From NCBI RefSeq assembly GCF_009914755.1, contig NC_060930.1: a stretch of DNA of 64,000 nucleotides; one strand, given 5' to 3'. The stretch is from the human T2T-CHM13v2.0 reference genome, Homo sapiens. This document shows positions 11,801 through 25,994 of this stretch, piece by piece; positions within the stretch are counted from its first letter, which is position 1; every line of letters starts with the position of its first letter. Below the pieces are notes generated by a model that saw only the letters and a list, made by a program, of their open reading frames with translations, did not search any database and had not been told where the DNA came from. Made by a program: the position numbers and the translations under genes.

Positions 11801-14800
11801 AAGCCTATGCTAGAAATGGAAATATCTCCCCATAAAACCAAGACAGAAGCAATCTCAGAAACTAATGTGTGATGGCTGCATTCCACACACACGGTGGACC
11901 ATTTCTCTTGATAGAGCAGTTTTGAAACACTCTTTCTGTAGAATCTGCAAGTGGATAATTGGACCTCCTAGAGGCCTTCGTTGGAAACGGGATTTCTTCA
12001 TCTAAACCTACAGAGAAGAATTCTCAGTAACTTCTTCGGATGTGTGCATTCGACGCACAGAATGGAACATTCCCTTTGATAGAGCAGTTTTGAGACACCG
12101 TTTTTGTAGAATTCCCAAGTGGATATTTAGAGCACTTTGAAGTCTCTGCTAGAAAAGGAAACATCTTCATGTAAAAAGTAGATAGAATCGTTCTCAGAAA
12201 GTGCTTAGTGACGTGTGCGTTCAACTCACAGAGTTTAACGTTTCTTTTGATAGAGCGTTTCTGAAACACCCTTCTTGTAGTAGCTGCAAGTGGATATTTG
12301 GACCTATTGGAGGCCTTCTTTGGAAACGGGATTTCTTCATGTAACTCTAGATTGAAGAATTCTCAGAAACTCCTTTGTGATGTGTGCATTCAATTCAAAG
12401 AGTGAAACCTCCCTTTTCACAGAGCAGTTTTGAAACACTGTTTTTGTAGGATTTCCAAGGGGATATTTATAGCGCATTGAGCCTACGGCGGAAAAAGAAA
12501 CATCTTCCTATAAAAACTAGACAGAATACTTCTCAGAATCTGCTTTGCGATGTGTGCGTTCAACTCACAGAGTAAAACTTTTCTTTTGATAGAGCAGTTT
12601 TGAAACACTCTTTTTGTAGTATTTGCATGTGTATATTTAGAGCGCATTGAAGCCCACAGTAGAAAAGGAAATAACTTCACCTAAAACCTAGACAGAAGCA
12701 ATCTCAGAAACTACTTTGTGATGTGTACATTCAACTCACAGAGTGGAACTTTCCTCTTTATAGAGCAGTGTTGAAACACTCTTTTTGTAGAAACTGCAAG
12801 TGGATATTTGGACCTCTTTGAGGCCTTCGTTGGAAACGGGATTTCTTCCTATAACCCTAGACAGAAGAATTTTCAGAAACCTCATTGTGATGTGTGCGTT
12901 CATCTCACAGAGTGGAGTCTTCCGTTTGATAGAGAAGTTTTGAAACCCTGTTCTTGTAGGATTTCCAAGTGGATATTTAGACCACTTTGAAGCCTATGAT
13001 AGAAAAGGAAACATCTTCATGGAAAACATAGATAGAATCATCCTCAGAAACAACTTTGTGATGTGTGCGTTGAACTCACCGTCTTTAACCTTTCTTTTGG
13101 TAGAGAAGTTTTGAAACACTCTCTTTGTAAAGTCTACAAGTGGATATTTTGAGCCCTTGGAGGCATTCTTTGGAAAAGGGAATGTCTTCACATAAAAGGC
13201 AGACGGAAGTGTTCTCAGAAACTGCTTTGTGATGTCTGTGTTCAACTCACAGAGTTTAACATTTCCTTTGATAGAGCGGTTTAGTAACCCTCTCTTTGTA
13301 GAATTTGGAAGTGTATACTAAGAGCGCTTTGAGGCCTATGGTAGAAAAGGAAATATCTTTCCATAAAAGCTAGACAGAAGCAATCTCAGAAACTCCTTTG
13401 CGATGTCTGCATTCAACTCACCGAGTGGAACATTCCTCTTGAGAGAGCAGTTTGGAAACACTCTTTCTGTAGAATCAGCTTGTTTGTATTTGGACCTCCT
13501 TGAGGCCTTCGTTGGAAACGGGTTTTCATCTTATAAACCCAGACAGAAGAATTCTCAGAGTCTTCTTTGTGATGTGTGCTTTCAACTCACCGAGATAAAG
13601 ATTTCTCTTGATAGAGCAATTTGGAAACACTCTTTTTGTAGAATTTGCAAGGGTACATTGAGAGCGCTTTCAGGCCTATGGTAGAAAAGGGAATATCTTT
13701 CCATAAAAGGTAGACAGAAGCAATCTCAGAAACTACTTTGTGATGTGTGCATTCAACTCACCGAGTGCAACGTTCCTCTTGACCGAGCAGTTTGGAAACA
13801 TTGTTTCTGTAGAATCTGCAAGTGGATATTTGGACCTCTTTGAGGCCTTCGTTGGAAACGGGATTTCTTCCTATAAACCCAGACAGAAGAATTCTCAGAG
13901 ACTTCTTTGTGATGTGTGAATTCAACTCACAGTGTGGATCCTTCCTTTTGATAGAGCAGTTTTGAAACCCTGTTTTTGTAGTATTTCCAAGCGGATATTC
14001 GGAACGCCTTGAAGCGTATGGTAGAAAAGGAAATATCTTCCCATAAAACCTAAACAGAACCAATCTCAGAAACGACTTTGTGATGTCTGCATTCAAGTCA
14101 CAGAGTTGAACATTTCTCTTGATAGAGCAGTTTTGAAACCCTCTTTCTGAAGGATCTGCAAGTGGATATTTGGAACTCCTTTGGGTCTTCGTTGGAAACG
14201 GGATTTCTTCGTATAAATCTAGACAGAAGAATTCTCCGAAACTTCTTTGGTTGTGTGCATTCAAGTCACAGAGTGGAACCTTCCTTTGGATAGAGCAGTT
14301 TGAAACGCCGTGGTTGTAGTATTTCCAAGCGGATATTAGAGCGCCTTGAGGCCTATGGTAGAAAAGGAAATATCTTCCCATAAAACCTAGACGGAAGCAA
14401 TCTCAGAAACTACTGTGTGATGGCTGCATTCCACACACACGGTGGAACATTTCTCTTGATAGAGCAGTTTTGAAACACTCTTTCTGTAGAATCTGCAAGT
14501 GGATAATTGGACCGCCTTGAGGCCTTCGTTGGAAACGGGATTTCTTCATGTTACTCTAGATAGAAGAATTCTCAAACACTGCTATGTGATGTTTGCATTC
14601 AAGTCACAGAGTGCAACATTCCTCTTGGTAGAGCAGTTGGGAAACACTCCTTTTGTAGAATCTGCAATGGGATATTTGGACTTCTTTGAGGCCTTCGTTG
14701 GAAACGGGATTTCTTCGTATGAATCTAGACAGAAGAATTCTCAGAAACTTCCTTGTGATGTGTGCATTCAACTCAGCGAGTGGCACCTTCCTTTGGATAC

Positions 14801-15285
14801 AGCAGTTTTGAAACACTGTTTTTGTAGTATTTCCAAGCGGATATTTAGAGCGCCTTGAAGCCTATGCTAGAAATGGAAATATCTCCCCATAAAACCAAGA
14901 CAGAAGCAATCTCAGAAACTAATGTGTGATGGCTGCATTCCACACACACGGTGGACCATTTCTCTTGATAGAGCAGTTTTGAAACACTCTTTCTGTAGAA
15001 TCTGCAAGTGGATAATTGGACCTCCTAGAGGCCTTCGTTGGAAACGGGATTTCTTCATCTAAACCTACAGAGAAGAATTCTCAGTAACTTCTTCGGATGT
15101 GTGCATTCGACGCACAGAATGGAACATTCCCTTTGATAGAGCAGTTTTGAGACACCGTTTTTGTAGAATTCCCAAGTGGATATTTAGAGCACTTTGAAGT
15201 CTCTGCTAGAAAAGGAAACATCTTCATGTAAAAAGTAGATAGAATCGTTCTCAGAAAGTGCTTAGTGACGTGTGCGTTCAACTCA

Positions 15286-18200
15286 CAGAGTTTAACGTTT
15301 CTTTTGATAGAGCGTTTCTGAAACACCCTTCTTGTAGTAGCTGCAAGTGGATATTTGGACCTATTGGAGGCCTTCTTTGGAAATGGGATTTCTTCATGTA
15401 ACTCTAGATTGAAGAGTTCTCAGAAACTCCTTTGTGATGTGTGCATTCAATTCAAAGAGTGAAACCTCCCTTTTCACAGAGCAGTTTTGAAACACTGTTT
15501 TTGTAGGATTTCCAAGGGGATATTTATAGCGCATTGAGCCTACGGCGGAAAAAGAAACATCTTCCTATAAAACCTAGACAGAATACTTCTCAGAATCTGC
15601 TTTGCGATGTGTGCGTTCAACTCACAGAGTAAAACTTTTCTTTTGATAGAGCAGTTTTGAAACACTCTTTTTGTAGTATTTGCATGTGTATATTTAGAGC
15701 GCATTGAAGCCCACAGTAGAAAAGGAAATAACTTCACCTAAAACCTAGACAGAAGCAATCTCAGAAACTACTTTGTGATGTGTACATTCAACTCACAGAG
15801 TGGAACTTTCCTCTTTATAGAGCAGTGTTGAAACACTCTTTTTGTAGAAACTGCAAGTGGATATTTGGACCTCTTTGAGGCCTTCGTTGGAAACGGGATT
15901 TCTTCCTATAACCCTAGACAGAAGAATTTTCAGAAACCTCATTGTGATGTGTGCGTTCATCTCACAGAGTGGAGTCTTCCGTTTGATAGAGAAGTTTTGA
16001 AACCCTGTTCTTGTAGGATTTCCAAGTGGATATTTAGACCACTTTGAAGCCTATGATAGAAAAGGAAACATCTTCATGGAAAACATAGATAGAATCATCC
16101 TCAGAAACAACTTTGTGATGTGTGCGTTGAACTCACCGTCTTTAACCTTTCTTTTGGTAGAGAAGTTTTGAAACACTCTCTTTGTAAAGTCTACAAGTGG
16201 ATATTTTGAGCCCTTGGAGGCATTCTTTGGAAAAGGGAATGTCTTCACATAAAAGGCAGACGGAAGTGTTCTCAGAAACTGCTTTGTGATGTCTGTGTTC
16301 AACTCACAGAGTTTAACATTTCCTTTGATAGAGCGGTTTAGTAACCCTCTCTTTGTAGAATTTGGAAGTGTATACTAAGAGCGCTTTGAGGCCTATGGTA
16401 GAAAAGGAAATATCTTTCCATAAAAGCTAGACAGAAGCAATCTCAGAAACTCCTTTGCGATGTCTGCATTCAACTCACCGAGTGGAACATTCCTCTTGAG
16501 AGAGCAGTTTGGAAACACTCTTTCTGTAGAATCAGCTTGTTTGTATTTGGACCTCCTTGAGGCCTTCGTTGGAAACGGGTTTTCATCTTATAAACCCAGA
16601 CAGAAGAATTCTCAGAGTCTTCTTTGTGATGTGTGCTTTCAACTCACCGAGATAAAGATTTCTCTTGATAGAGCAATTTGGAAACACTCTTTTTGTAGAA
16701 TTTGCAAGGGTACATTGAGAGCGCTTTCAGGCCTATGGTAGAAAAGGGAATATCTTTCCATAAAAGGTAGACAGAAGCAATCTCAGAAACTACTTTGTGA
16801 TGTGTGCATTCAACTCACCGAGTGCAACGTTCCTCTTGACCGAGCAGTTTGGAAACATTGTTTCTGTAGAATCTGCAAGTGGATATTTGGACCTCTTTGA
16901 GGCCTTCGTTGGAAACGGGATTTCTTCCTATAAACCCAGACAGAAGAATTCTCAGAGACTTCTTTGTGATGTGTGAATTCAACTCACAGTGTGGATCCTT
17001 CTTTTTGATAGAGCAGTTTTGAAACCCTGTTTTTGTAGTATTTCCAAGCGGATATTTGGAACGCCTTGAAGCGTATGGTAGAAAAGGAAATATCTTCCCA
17101 TAAAACCTAGACAGAACCAATCTCAGAAACGACTTTGTGATGTCTGCATTCAAGTCACAGAGTTGAACATTTCTCTTGATAGAGCAGTTTTGAAACCCTC
17201 TTTCTGAAGGATCTGCAAGTGGATATTTGGAACTCCTTTGGGTCTTCGTTGGAAACGGGATTTCTTCGTATAAATCTAGACAGAAGAATTCTCAGAAACT
17301 TCCTTGTGATGTGTGCATTCAACTCAGCGAGTGGCACCTTCCTTTGGATACAGCAGTTTTGAAACACTGTTTTTGTAGTATTTCCAAGCGGATATTTAGA
17401 GCGCCTTGAAGCCTATGCTAGAAATGGAAATATCTCCCCATAAAACCAAGACAGAAGCAATCTCAGAAACTAATGTGTGATGGCTGCATTCCACACACAC
17501 GGTGGACCATTTCTCTTGATAGAGCAGTTTTGAAACACTCTTTCTGTAGAATCTGCAAGTGGATAATTGGACCTCCTAGAGGCCTTCGTTGGAAACGGGA
17601 TTTCTTCATCTAAACCTACAGAGAAGTATTCTCAGTAACTTCTTCGGATGTGTGCATTCGACGCACAGAATGGAACATTCCCTTTGATAGAGCAGTTTTG
17701 AGACACCGTTTTTGTAGAATTCCCAAGTGGATATTTAGAGCACTTTGAAGTCTCTGCTAGAAAAGGAAACATCATCATGTAAAAAGTAGATAGAATCGTT
17801 CTCAGAAAGTGCTTAGTGACGTGTGCGTTCAACTCACAGAGTTTAACGTTTCTTTTGATAGAGCGTTTCTGAAACACCCTTCTTGTAGTAGCTGCAAGTG
17901 GATATTTGGACCTATTGGAGGCCTTCTTTGGAAATGGGATTTCTTCATGTAACTCTAGATTGAAGAATTCTCAGAAACTCCTTTGTGATGTGTGCATTCA
18001 ATTCAAAGAGTGAAACCTCTCTTTTCACAGAGCAGTTTTGAAACACTGTTTTTGTAGGATTTCCAAGGGGATATTTATAGCGCATTGAGCCTACGGCGGA
18101 AAAAGAAACATCTTCCTATAAAACCTAGACAGAATACTTCTCAGAATCTGCTTTGCGATGTGTGCGTTCAACTCACAGAGTAAAACTTTTCTTTTGATAG

Positions 18201-21200
18201 AGCAGTTTTGAAACACTCTTTTTGTAGTATTTGCATGTGTATATTTAGAGCGCATTGAAGCCCACAGTAGAAAAGGAAATAACTTCACCTAAAACCTAGA
18301 CAGAAGCAATCTCAGAAACTACTTTGTGATGTGTACATTCAACTCACAGAGTGGAACTTTCCTCTTTATAGAGCAGTGTTGAAACACTCTTTTTGTAGAA
18401 ACTGCAAGTGGATATTTGGACCTCTTTGAGGCCTTCGTTGGAAACGGGATTTCTTCCTATAACCCTAGACAGAAGAATTTTCAGAAACCTCATTGTGATG
18501 TGTGCGTTCATCTCACAGAGTGGAGTCTTCCGTTTGATAGAGAAGTTTTGAAACCCTGTTCTTGTAGGATTTCCAAGTGGATATTTAGACCACTTTGAAG
18601 CCTATGATAGAAAAGGAAACATCTTCATGGAAAACATAGATAGAATCATCCTCAGAAACAACTTTGTGATGTGTGCGTTGAACTCACCGTCTTTAACCTT
18701 TCTTTTGGTAGAGAAGTTTTGAAACACTCTCTTTGTAAAGTCTACAAGTGGATATTTTGAGCCCTTGGAGGCATTCTTTGGAAAAGGGAATGTCTTCACA
18801 TAAAAGGCAGACGGAAGTGTTCTCAGAAACTGCTTTGTGATGTCTGTGTTCAACTCACAGAGTTTAACATTTCCTTTGATAGAGCGGTTTAGTAACCCTC
18901 TCTTTGTAGAATTTGGAAGTGTATACTAAGAGCGCTTTGAGGCCTATGGTAGAAAAGGAAATATCTTTCCATAAAAGCTAGACAGAAGCAATCTCAGAAA
19001 CTCCTCTGTGATGTCTGCATTCAACTCACCGAGTGGAACATTCCTCTTGAGAGAGCAGTTTGGAAACACTCTTTCTGTAGAATCAGCTTGTTTGTATTTG
19101 GACCTCCTTGAGGCCTTCGTTGGAAACGGGTTTTCATCTTATAAACCCAGACAGAAGAATTCTCAGAGTCTTCTTTGTGATGTGTGCTTTCAACTCACCG
19201 AGATAAAGATTTCTCTTGATAGAGCAATTTGGAAACACTCTTTTTGTAGAATTTGCAAGGGTACATTGAGAGCGCTTTCAGGCCTATGGTAGAAAAGGGA
19301 ATATCTTTCCATAAAAGGTAGACAGAAGCAATCTCAGAAACTACTTTGTGATGTGTGCATTCAACTCACCGAGTGCAACGTTCCTCTTGACCGAGCAGTT
19401 TGGAAACATTGTTTCTGTAGAATCTGCAAGTGGATATTTGGACCTCTTTGAGGCCTTCGTTGGAAACGGGATTTCTTCCTATAAACCCAGACAGAAGAAT
19501 TCTCAGAGACTTCTTTGTGATGTGTGAATTCAACTCACAGTGTGGATCCTTCCTTTTGATAGAGCAGTTTTGAAACCCTGTTTTTGTAGTATTTCCAAGC
19601 GGATATTTGGAACGCCTTGAAGCGTATGGTAGAAAAGGAAATATCTTCCCATAAAACCTAGACAGAACCAATCTCAGAAACGACTTTGTGATGTCTGCAT
19701 TCAAGTCACAGAGTTGAACATTTCTCTTGATAGAGCAGTTTTGAAACCCTCTTTCTGAAGGATCTGCAAGTGGATATTTGGAACTCCTTTGGGTCTTCGT
19801 TGGAAACGGGATTTCTTCGTATAAATCTAGACAGAAGAATTCTCAGAAACTTCCTTGTGATGTGTGCATTCAACTCAGCGAGTGGCACCTTCCTTTGGAT
19901 ACAGCAGTTTTGAAACACTGTTTTTGTAGTATTTCCAAGCGGATATTTAGAGCGCCTTGAAGCCTATGCTAGAAATGGAAATATCTCCCCATAAAACCAA
20001 GACAGAAGCAATCTCAGAAACTAATGTGTGATGGCTGCATTCCACACACACGGTGGACCATTTCTCTTGATAGAGCAGTTTTGAAACACTCTTTCTGTAG
20101 AATCTGCAAGTGGATAATTGGACCTCCTAGAGGCCTTCGTTGGAAACGGGATTTCTTCATCTAAACCTACAGAGAAGTATTCTCAGTAACTTCTTCGGAT
20201 GTGTGCATTCGACGCACAGAATGGAACATTCCCTTTGATAGAGCAGTTTTGAGACACCGTTTTTGTAGAATTCCCAAGTGGATATTTAGAGCACTTTGAA
20301 GTCTCTGCTAGAAAAGGAAACATCATCATGTAAAAAGTAGATAGAATCGTTCTCAGAAAGTGCTTAGTGACGTGTGCGTTCAACTCACAGAGTTTAACGT
20401 TTCTTTTGATAGAGCGTTTCTGAAACACCCTTCTTGTAGTAGCTGCAAGTGGATATTTGGACCTATTGGAGGCCTTCTTTGGAAATGGGATTTCTTCATG
20501 TAACTCTAGATTGAAGAATTCTCAGAAACTCCTTTGTGATGTGTGCATTCAATTCAAAGAGTGAAACCTCCCTTTTCACAGAGCAGTTTTGAAACACTGT
20601 TTTTGTAGGATTTCCAAGGGGATATTTATAGCGCATTGAGCCTACGGCGGAAAAAGAAACATCTTCCTATAAAAACTAGACAGAATACTTCTCAGAATCT
20701 GCTTTGCGATGTGTGCGTTCAACTCACAGAGTAAAACTTTTCTTTTGATAGAGCAGTTTTGAAACACTCTTTTTGTAGTATTTGCATGTGTATATTTAGA
20801 GCGCATTGAAGCCCACAGTAGAAAAGGAAATAACTTCACCTAAAACCTAGACAGAAGCAATCTCAGAAACTACTTTGTGATGTGTACATTCAACTCACAG
20901 AGTGGAACTTTCCTCTTTATAGAGCAGTGTTGAAACACTCTTTTTGTAGAAACTGCAAGTGGATATTTGGACCTCTTTGAGGCCTTCGTTGGAAACGGGA
21001 TTTCTTCCTATAACCCTAGACAGAAGAATTTTCAGAAACCTCATTGTGATGTGTGCGTTCATCTCACAGAGTGGAGTCTTCCGTTTGATAGAGAAGTTTT
21101 GAAACCCTGTTCTTGTAGGATTTCCAAGTGGATATTTAGACCACTTTGAAGCCTATGATAGAAAAGGAAACATCTTCATGGAAAACATAGATAGAATCAT

Positions 21201-22938
21201 CCTCAGAAACAACTTTGTGATGTGTGCGTTGAACTCACCGTCTTTAACCTTTCTTTTGGTAGAGAAGTTTTGAAACACTCTCTTTGTAAAGTCTACAAGT
21301 GGATATTTTGAGCCCTTGGAGGCATTCTTTGGAAAAGGGAATGTCTTCACATAAAAGGCAGACGGAAGTGTTCTCAGAAACTGCTTTGTGATGTCTGTGT
21401 TCAACTCACAGAGTTTAACATTTCCTTTGATAGAGCGGTTTAGTAACCCTCTCTTTGTAGAATTTGGAAGTGTATACTAAGAGCGCTTTGAGGCCTATGG
21501 TAGAAAAGGAAATATCTTTCCATAAAAGCTAGACAGAAGCAATCTCAGAAACTCCTCTGTGATGTCTGCATTCAACTCACCGAGTGGAACATTCCTCTTG
21601 AGAGAGCAGTTTGGAAACACTCTTTCTGTAGAATCAGCTTGTTTGTATTTGGACCTCCTTGAGGCCTTCGTTGGAAACGGGTTTTCATCTTATAAACCCA
21701 GACAGAAGAATTCTCAGAGTCTTCTTTGTGATGTGTGCTTTCAACTCACCGAGATAAAGATTTCTCTTGATAGAGCAATTTGGAAACACTCTTTTTGTAG
21801 AATTTGCAAGGGTACATTGAGAGCGCTTTCAGGCCTATGGTAGAAAAGGGAATATCTTTCCATAAAAGGTAGACAGAAGCAATCTCAGAAACTACTTTGT
21901 GATGTGTGCATTCAACTCACCGAGTGCAACGTTCCTCTTGACCGAGCAGTTTGGAAACATTGTTTCTGTAGAATCTGCAAGTGGATATTTGGACCTCTTT
22001 GAGGCCTTCGTTGGAAACGGGATTTCTTCCTATAAACCCAGACAGAAGAATTCTCAGAGACTTCTTTGTGATGTGTGAATTCAACTCACAGTGTGGATCC
22101 TTCCTTTTGATAGAGCAGTTTTGAAACCCTGTTTTTGTAGTATTTCCAAGCGGATATTTGGAACGCCTTGAAGCGTATGGTAGAAAAGGAAATATCTTCC
22201 CATAAAACCTAGACAGAACCAATCTCAGAAACGACTTTGTGATGTCTGCATTCAAGTCACAGAGTTGAACATTTCTCTTGATAGAGCAGTTTTGAAACCC
22301 TCTTTCTGAAGGATCTGCAAGTGGATATTTGGAACTCCTTTGGGTCTTCGTTGGAAACGGGATTTCTTCGTATAAATCTAGACAGAAGAATTCTCAGAAA
22401 CTTCCTTGTGATGTGTGCATTCAACTCAGCGAGTGGCACCTTCCTTTGGATACAGCAGTTTTGAAACACTGTTTTTGTAGTATTTCCAAGCGGATATTTA
22501 GAGCGCCTTGAAGCCTATGCTAGAAATGGAAATATCTCCCCATAAAACCAAGACAGAAGCAATCTCAGAAACTAATGTGTGATGGCTGCATTCCACACAC
22601 ACGGTGGACCATTTCTCTTGATAGAGCAGTTTTGAAACACTCTTTCTGTAGAATCTGCAAGTGGATAATTGGACCTCCTAGAGGCCTTCGTTGGAAACGG
22701 GATTTCTTCATCTAAACCTACAGAGAAGTATTCTCAGTAACTTCTTCGGATGTGTGCATTCGACGCACAGAATGGAACATTCCCTTTGATAGAGCAGTTT
22801 TGAGACACCGTTTTTGTAGAATTCCCAAGTGGATATTTAGAGCACTTTGAAGTCTCTGCTAGAAAAGGAAACATCATCATGTAAAAAGTAGATAGAATCG
22901 TTCTCAGAAAGTGCTTAGTGACGTGTGCGTTCAACTCA
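15286..22938 (+). repeat. Three 15-mer variant HOR copies (U6-U8, 2551 bp each)
   Basis: Marker spacing 15540-18091-20642-23193 is 2551. Each unit lacks 506 bp (3 monomers), with junctions at 17273-17293, 19824-19844 and 22375-22395. Confidence 0.97.
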
Positions 22939-25900
22939 CAGAGTTTAACGTTTCTTTTGATAGAGCGTTTCTGAAACACCCTTCTTGTAGTAGCTGCAAG
23001 TGGATATTTGGACCTATTGGAGGCCTTCTTTGGAAATGGGATTTCTTCATGTAACTCTAGATTGAAGAATTCTCAGAAACTCCTTTGTGATGTGTGCATT
23101 CAATTCAAAGAGTGAAACCTCTCTTTTCACAGAGCAGTTTTGAAACACTGTTTTTGTAGGATTTCCAAGGGGATATTTATAGCGCATTGAGCCTACGGCG
23201 GAAAAAGAAACATCTTCCTATAAAACCTAGACAGAATACTTCTCAGAATCTGCTTTGCGATGTGTGCGTTCAACTCACAGAGTAAAACTTTTCTTTTGAT
23301 AGAGCAGTTTTGAAACACTCTTTTTGTAGTATTTGCATGTGTATATTTAGAGCGCATTGAAGCCCACAGTAGAAAAGGAAATAACTTCACCTAAAACCTA
23401 GACAGAAGCAATCTCAGAAACTACTTTGTGATGTGTACATTCAACTCACAGAGTGGAACTTTCCTCTTTATAGAGCAGTGTTGAAACACTCTTTTTGTAG
23501 AAACTGCAAGTGGATATTTGGACCTCTTTGAGGCCTTCGTTGGAAACGGGATTTCTTCCTATAACCCTAGACAGAAGAATTTTCAGAAACCTCATTGTGA
23601 TGTGTGCGTTCATCTCACAGAGTGGAGTCTTCCGTTTGATAGAGAAGTTTTGAAACCCTGTTCTTGTAGGATTTCCAAGTGGATATTTAGACCACTTTGA
23701 AGCCTATGATAGAAAAGGAAACATCTTCATGGAAAACATAGATAGAATCATCCTCAGAAACAACTTTGTGATGTGTGCGTTGAACTCACCGTCTTTAACC
23801 TTTCTTTTGGTAGAGAAGTTTTGAAACACTCTCTTTGTAAAGTCTACAAGTGGATATTTTGAGCCCTTGGAGGCATTCTTTGGAAAAGGGAATGTCTTCA
23901 CATAAAAGGCAGACGGAAGTGTTCTCAGAAACTGCTTTGTGATGTCTGTGTTCAACTCACAGAGTTTAACATTTCCTTTGATAGAGCGGTTTAGTAACCC
24001 TCTCTTTGTAGAATTTGGAAGTGTATACTAAGAGCGCTTTGAGGCCTATGGTAGAAAAGGAAATATCTTTCCATAAAAGCTAGACAGAAGCAATCTCAGA
24101 AACTCCTTTGCGATGTCTGCATTCAACTCACCGAGTGGAACATTCCTCTTGAGAGAGCAGTTTGGAAACACTCTTTCTGTAGAATCAGCTTGTTTGTATT
24201 TGGACCTCCTTGAGGCCTTCGTTGGAAACGGGTTTTCATCTTATAAACCCAGACAGAAGAATTCTCAGAGTCTTCTTTGTGATGTGTGCTTTCAACTCAC
24301 CGAGATAAAGATTTCTCTTGATAGAGCAATTTGGAAACACTCTTTTTGTAGAATTTGCAAGGGTACATTGAGAGCGCTTTCAGGCCTATGGTAGAAAAGG
24401 GAATATCTTTCCATAAAAGGTAGACAGAAGCAATCTCAGAAACTACTTTGTGATGTGTGCATTCAACTCACCGAGTGCAACGTTCCTCTTGACCGAGCAG
24501 TTTGGAAACATTGTTTCTGTAGAATCTGCAAGTGGATATTTGGACCTCTTTGAGGCCTTCGTTGGAAACGGGATTTCTTCCTATAAACCCAGACAGAAGA
24601 ATTCTCAGAGACTTCTTTGTGATGTGTGAATTCAACTCACAGTGTGGATCCTTCCTTTTGATAGAGCGTTTTGAAACCCTGTTTTTGTAGTATTTCCAAG
24701 CGGATATTCGGAACGCCTTGAAGCGTATGGTAGAAAAGGAAATATCTTCCCATAAAACCTAGACAGAACCAATCTCAGAAACGACTTTGTGATGTCTGCA
24801 TTCAAGTCACAGAGTTGAACATTTCTCTTGATAGAGCAGTTTTGAAACCCTCTTTCTGAAGGATCTGCAAGTGGATATTTGGAACTCCTTTGGGTCTTCG
24901 TTGGAAACGGGATTTCTTCGTATAAATCTAGACAGAAGAATTCTCCGAAACTTCTTTGGTTGTGTGCATTCAAGTCACAGAGTGGAACCTTCCTTTGGAT
25001 AGAGCAGTTTGAAACGCCGTGGTTGTAGTATTTCCAAGCGGATATTAGAGCGCCTTGAGGCCTATGGTAGAAAAGGAAATATCTTCCCATAAAACCTAGA
25101 CGGAAGCAATCTCAGAAACTACTGTGTGATGGCTGCATTCCACACACACGGTGGAACATTTCTCTTGATAGAGCAGTTTTGAAACACTCTTTCTGTAGAA
25201 TCTGCAAGTGGATAATTGGACCGCCTTGAGGCCTTCGTTGGAAACGGGATTTCTTCATGTTACTCTAGATAGAAGAATTCTCAAACACTGCTATGTGATG
25301 TTTGCATTCAAGTCACAGAGTGCAACATTCCTCTTGGTAGAGCAGTTGGGAAACACTCCTTTTGTAGAATCTGCAATGGGATATTTGGACTTCTTTGAGG
25401 CCTTCGTTGGAAACGGGATTTCTTCGTATGAATCTAGACAGAAGAATTCTCAGAAACTTCCTTGTGATGTGTGCATTCAACTCAGCGAGTGGCACCTTCC
25501 TTTGGATACAGCAGTTTTGAAACACTGTTTTTGTAGTATTTCCAAGCGGATATTTAGAGCGCCTTGAAGCCTATGCTAGAAATGGAAATATCTCCCCATA
25601 AAACCAAGACAGAAGCAATCTCAGAAACTAATGTGTGATGGCTGCATTCCACACACACGGTGGACCATTTCTCTTGATAGAGCAGTTTTGAAACACTCTT
25701 TCTGTAGAATCTGCAAGTGGATAATTGGACCTCCTAGAGGCCTTCGTTGGAAACGGGATTTCTTCATCTAAACCTACAGAGAAGAATTCTCAGTAACTTC
25801 TTCGGATGTGTGCATTCGACGCACAGAATGGAACATTCCCTTTGATAGAGCAGTTTTGAGACACCGTTTTTGTAGAATTCCCAAGTGGATATTTAGAGCA

Positions 25901-25994
25901 CTTTGAAGTCTCTGCTAGAAAAGGAAACATCTTCATGTAAAAAGTAGATAGAATCGTTCTCAGAAAGTGCTTAGTGACGTGTGCGTTCAACTCA
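22939..25994 (+). repeat. Single 18-mer HOR copy with a 1-bp deletion (U9, 3056 bp)
   Basis: Spacing 23193-26249 is 3056. gatagagcgtttt replaces gatagagcagtttt at 24667/24668. Confidence 0.95.

Larger units (their letters stand above)
1..15285 (+). repeat. Five canonical 18-mer HOR copies (U1-U5, 3057 bp each; starts 1, 3058, 6115, 9172, 12229)
   Basis: The marker ORF recurs at 255, 3312, 6369, 9426, 12483 and 15540 (spacing 3057). There are 18 box positions per unit. Confidence 0.97.
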
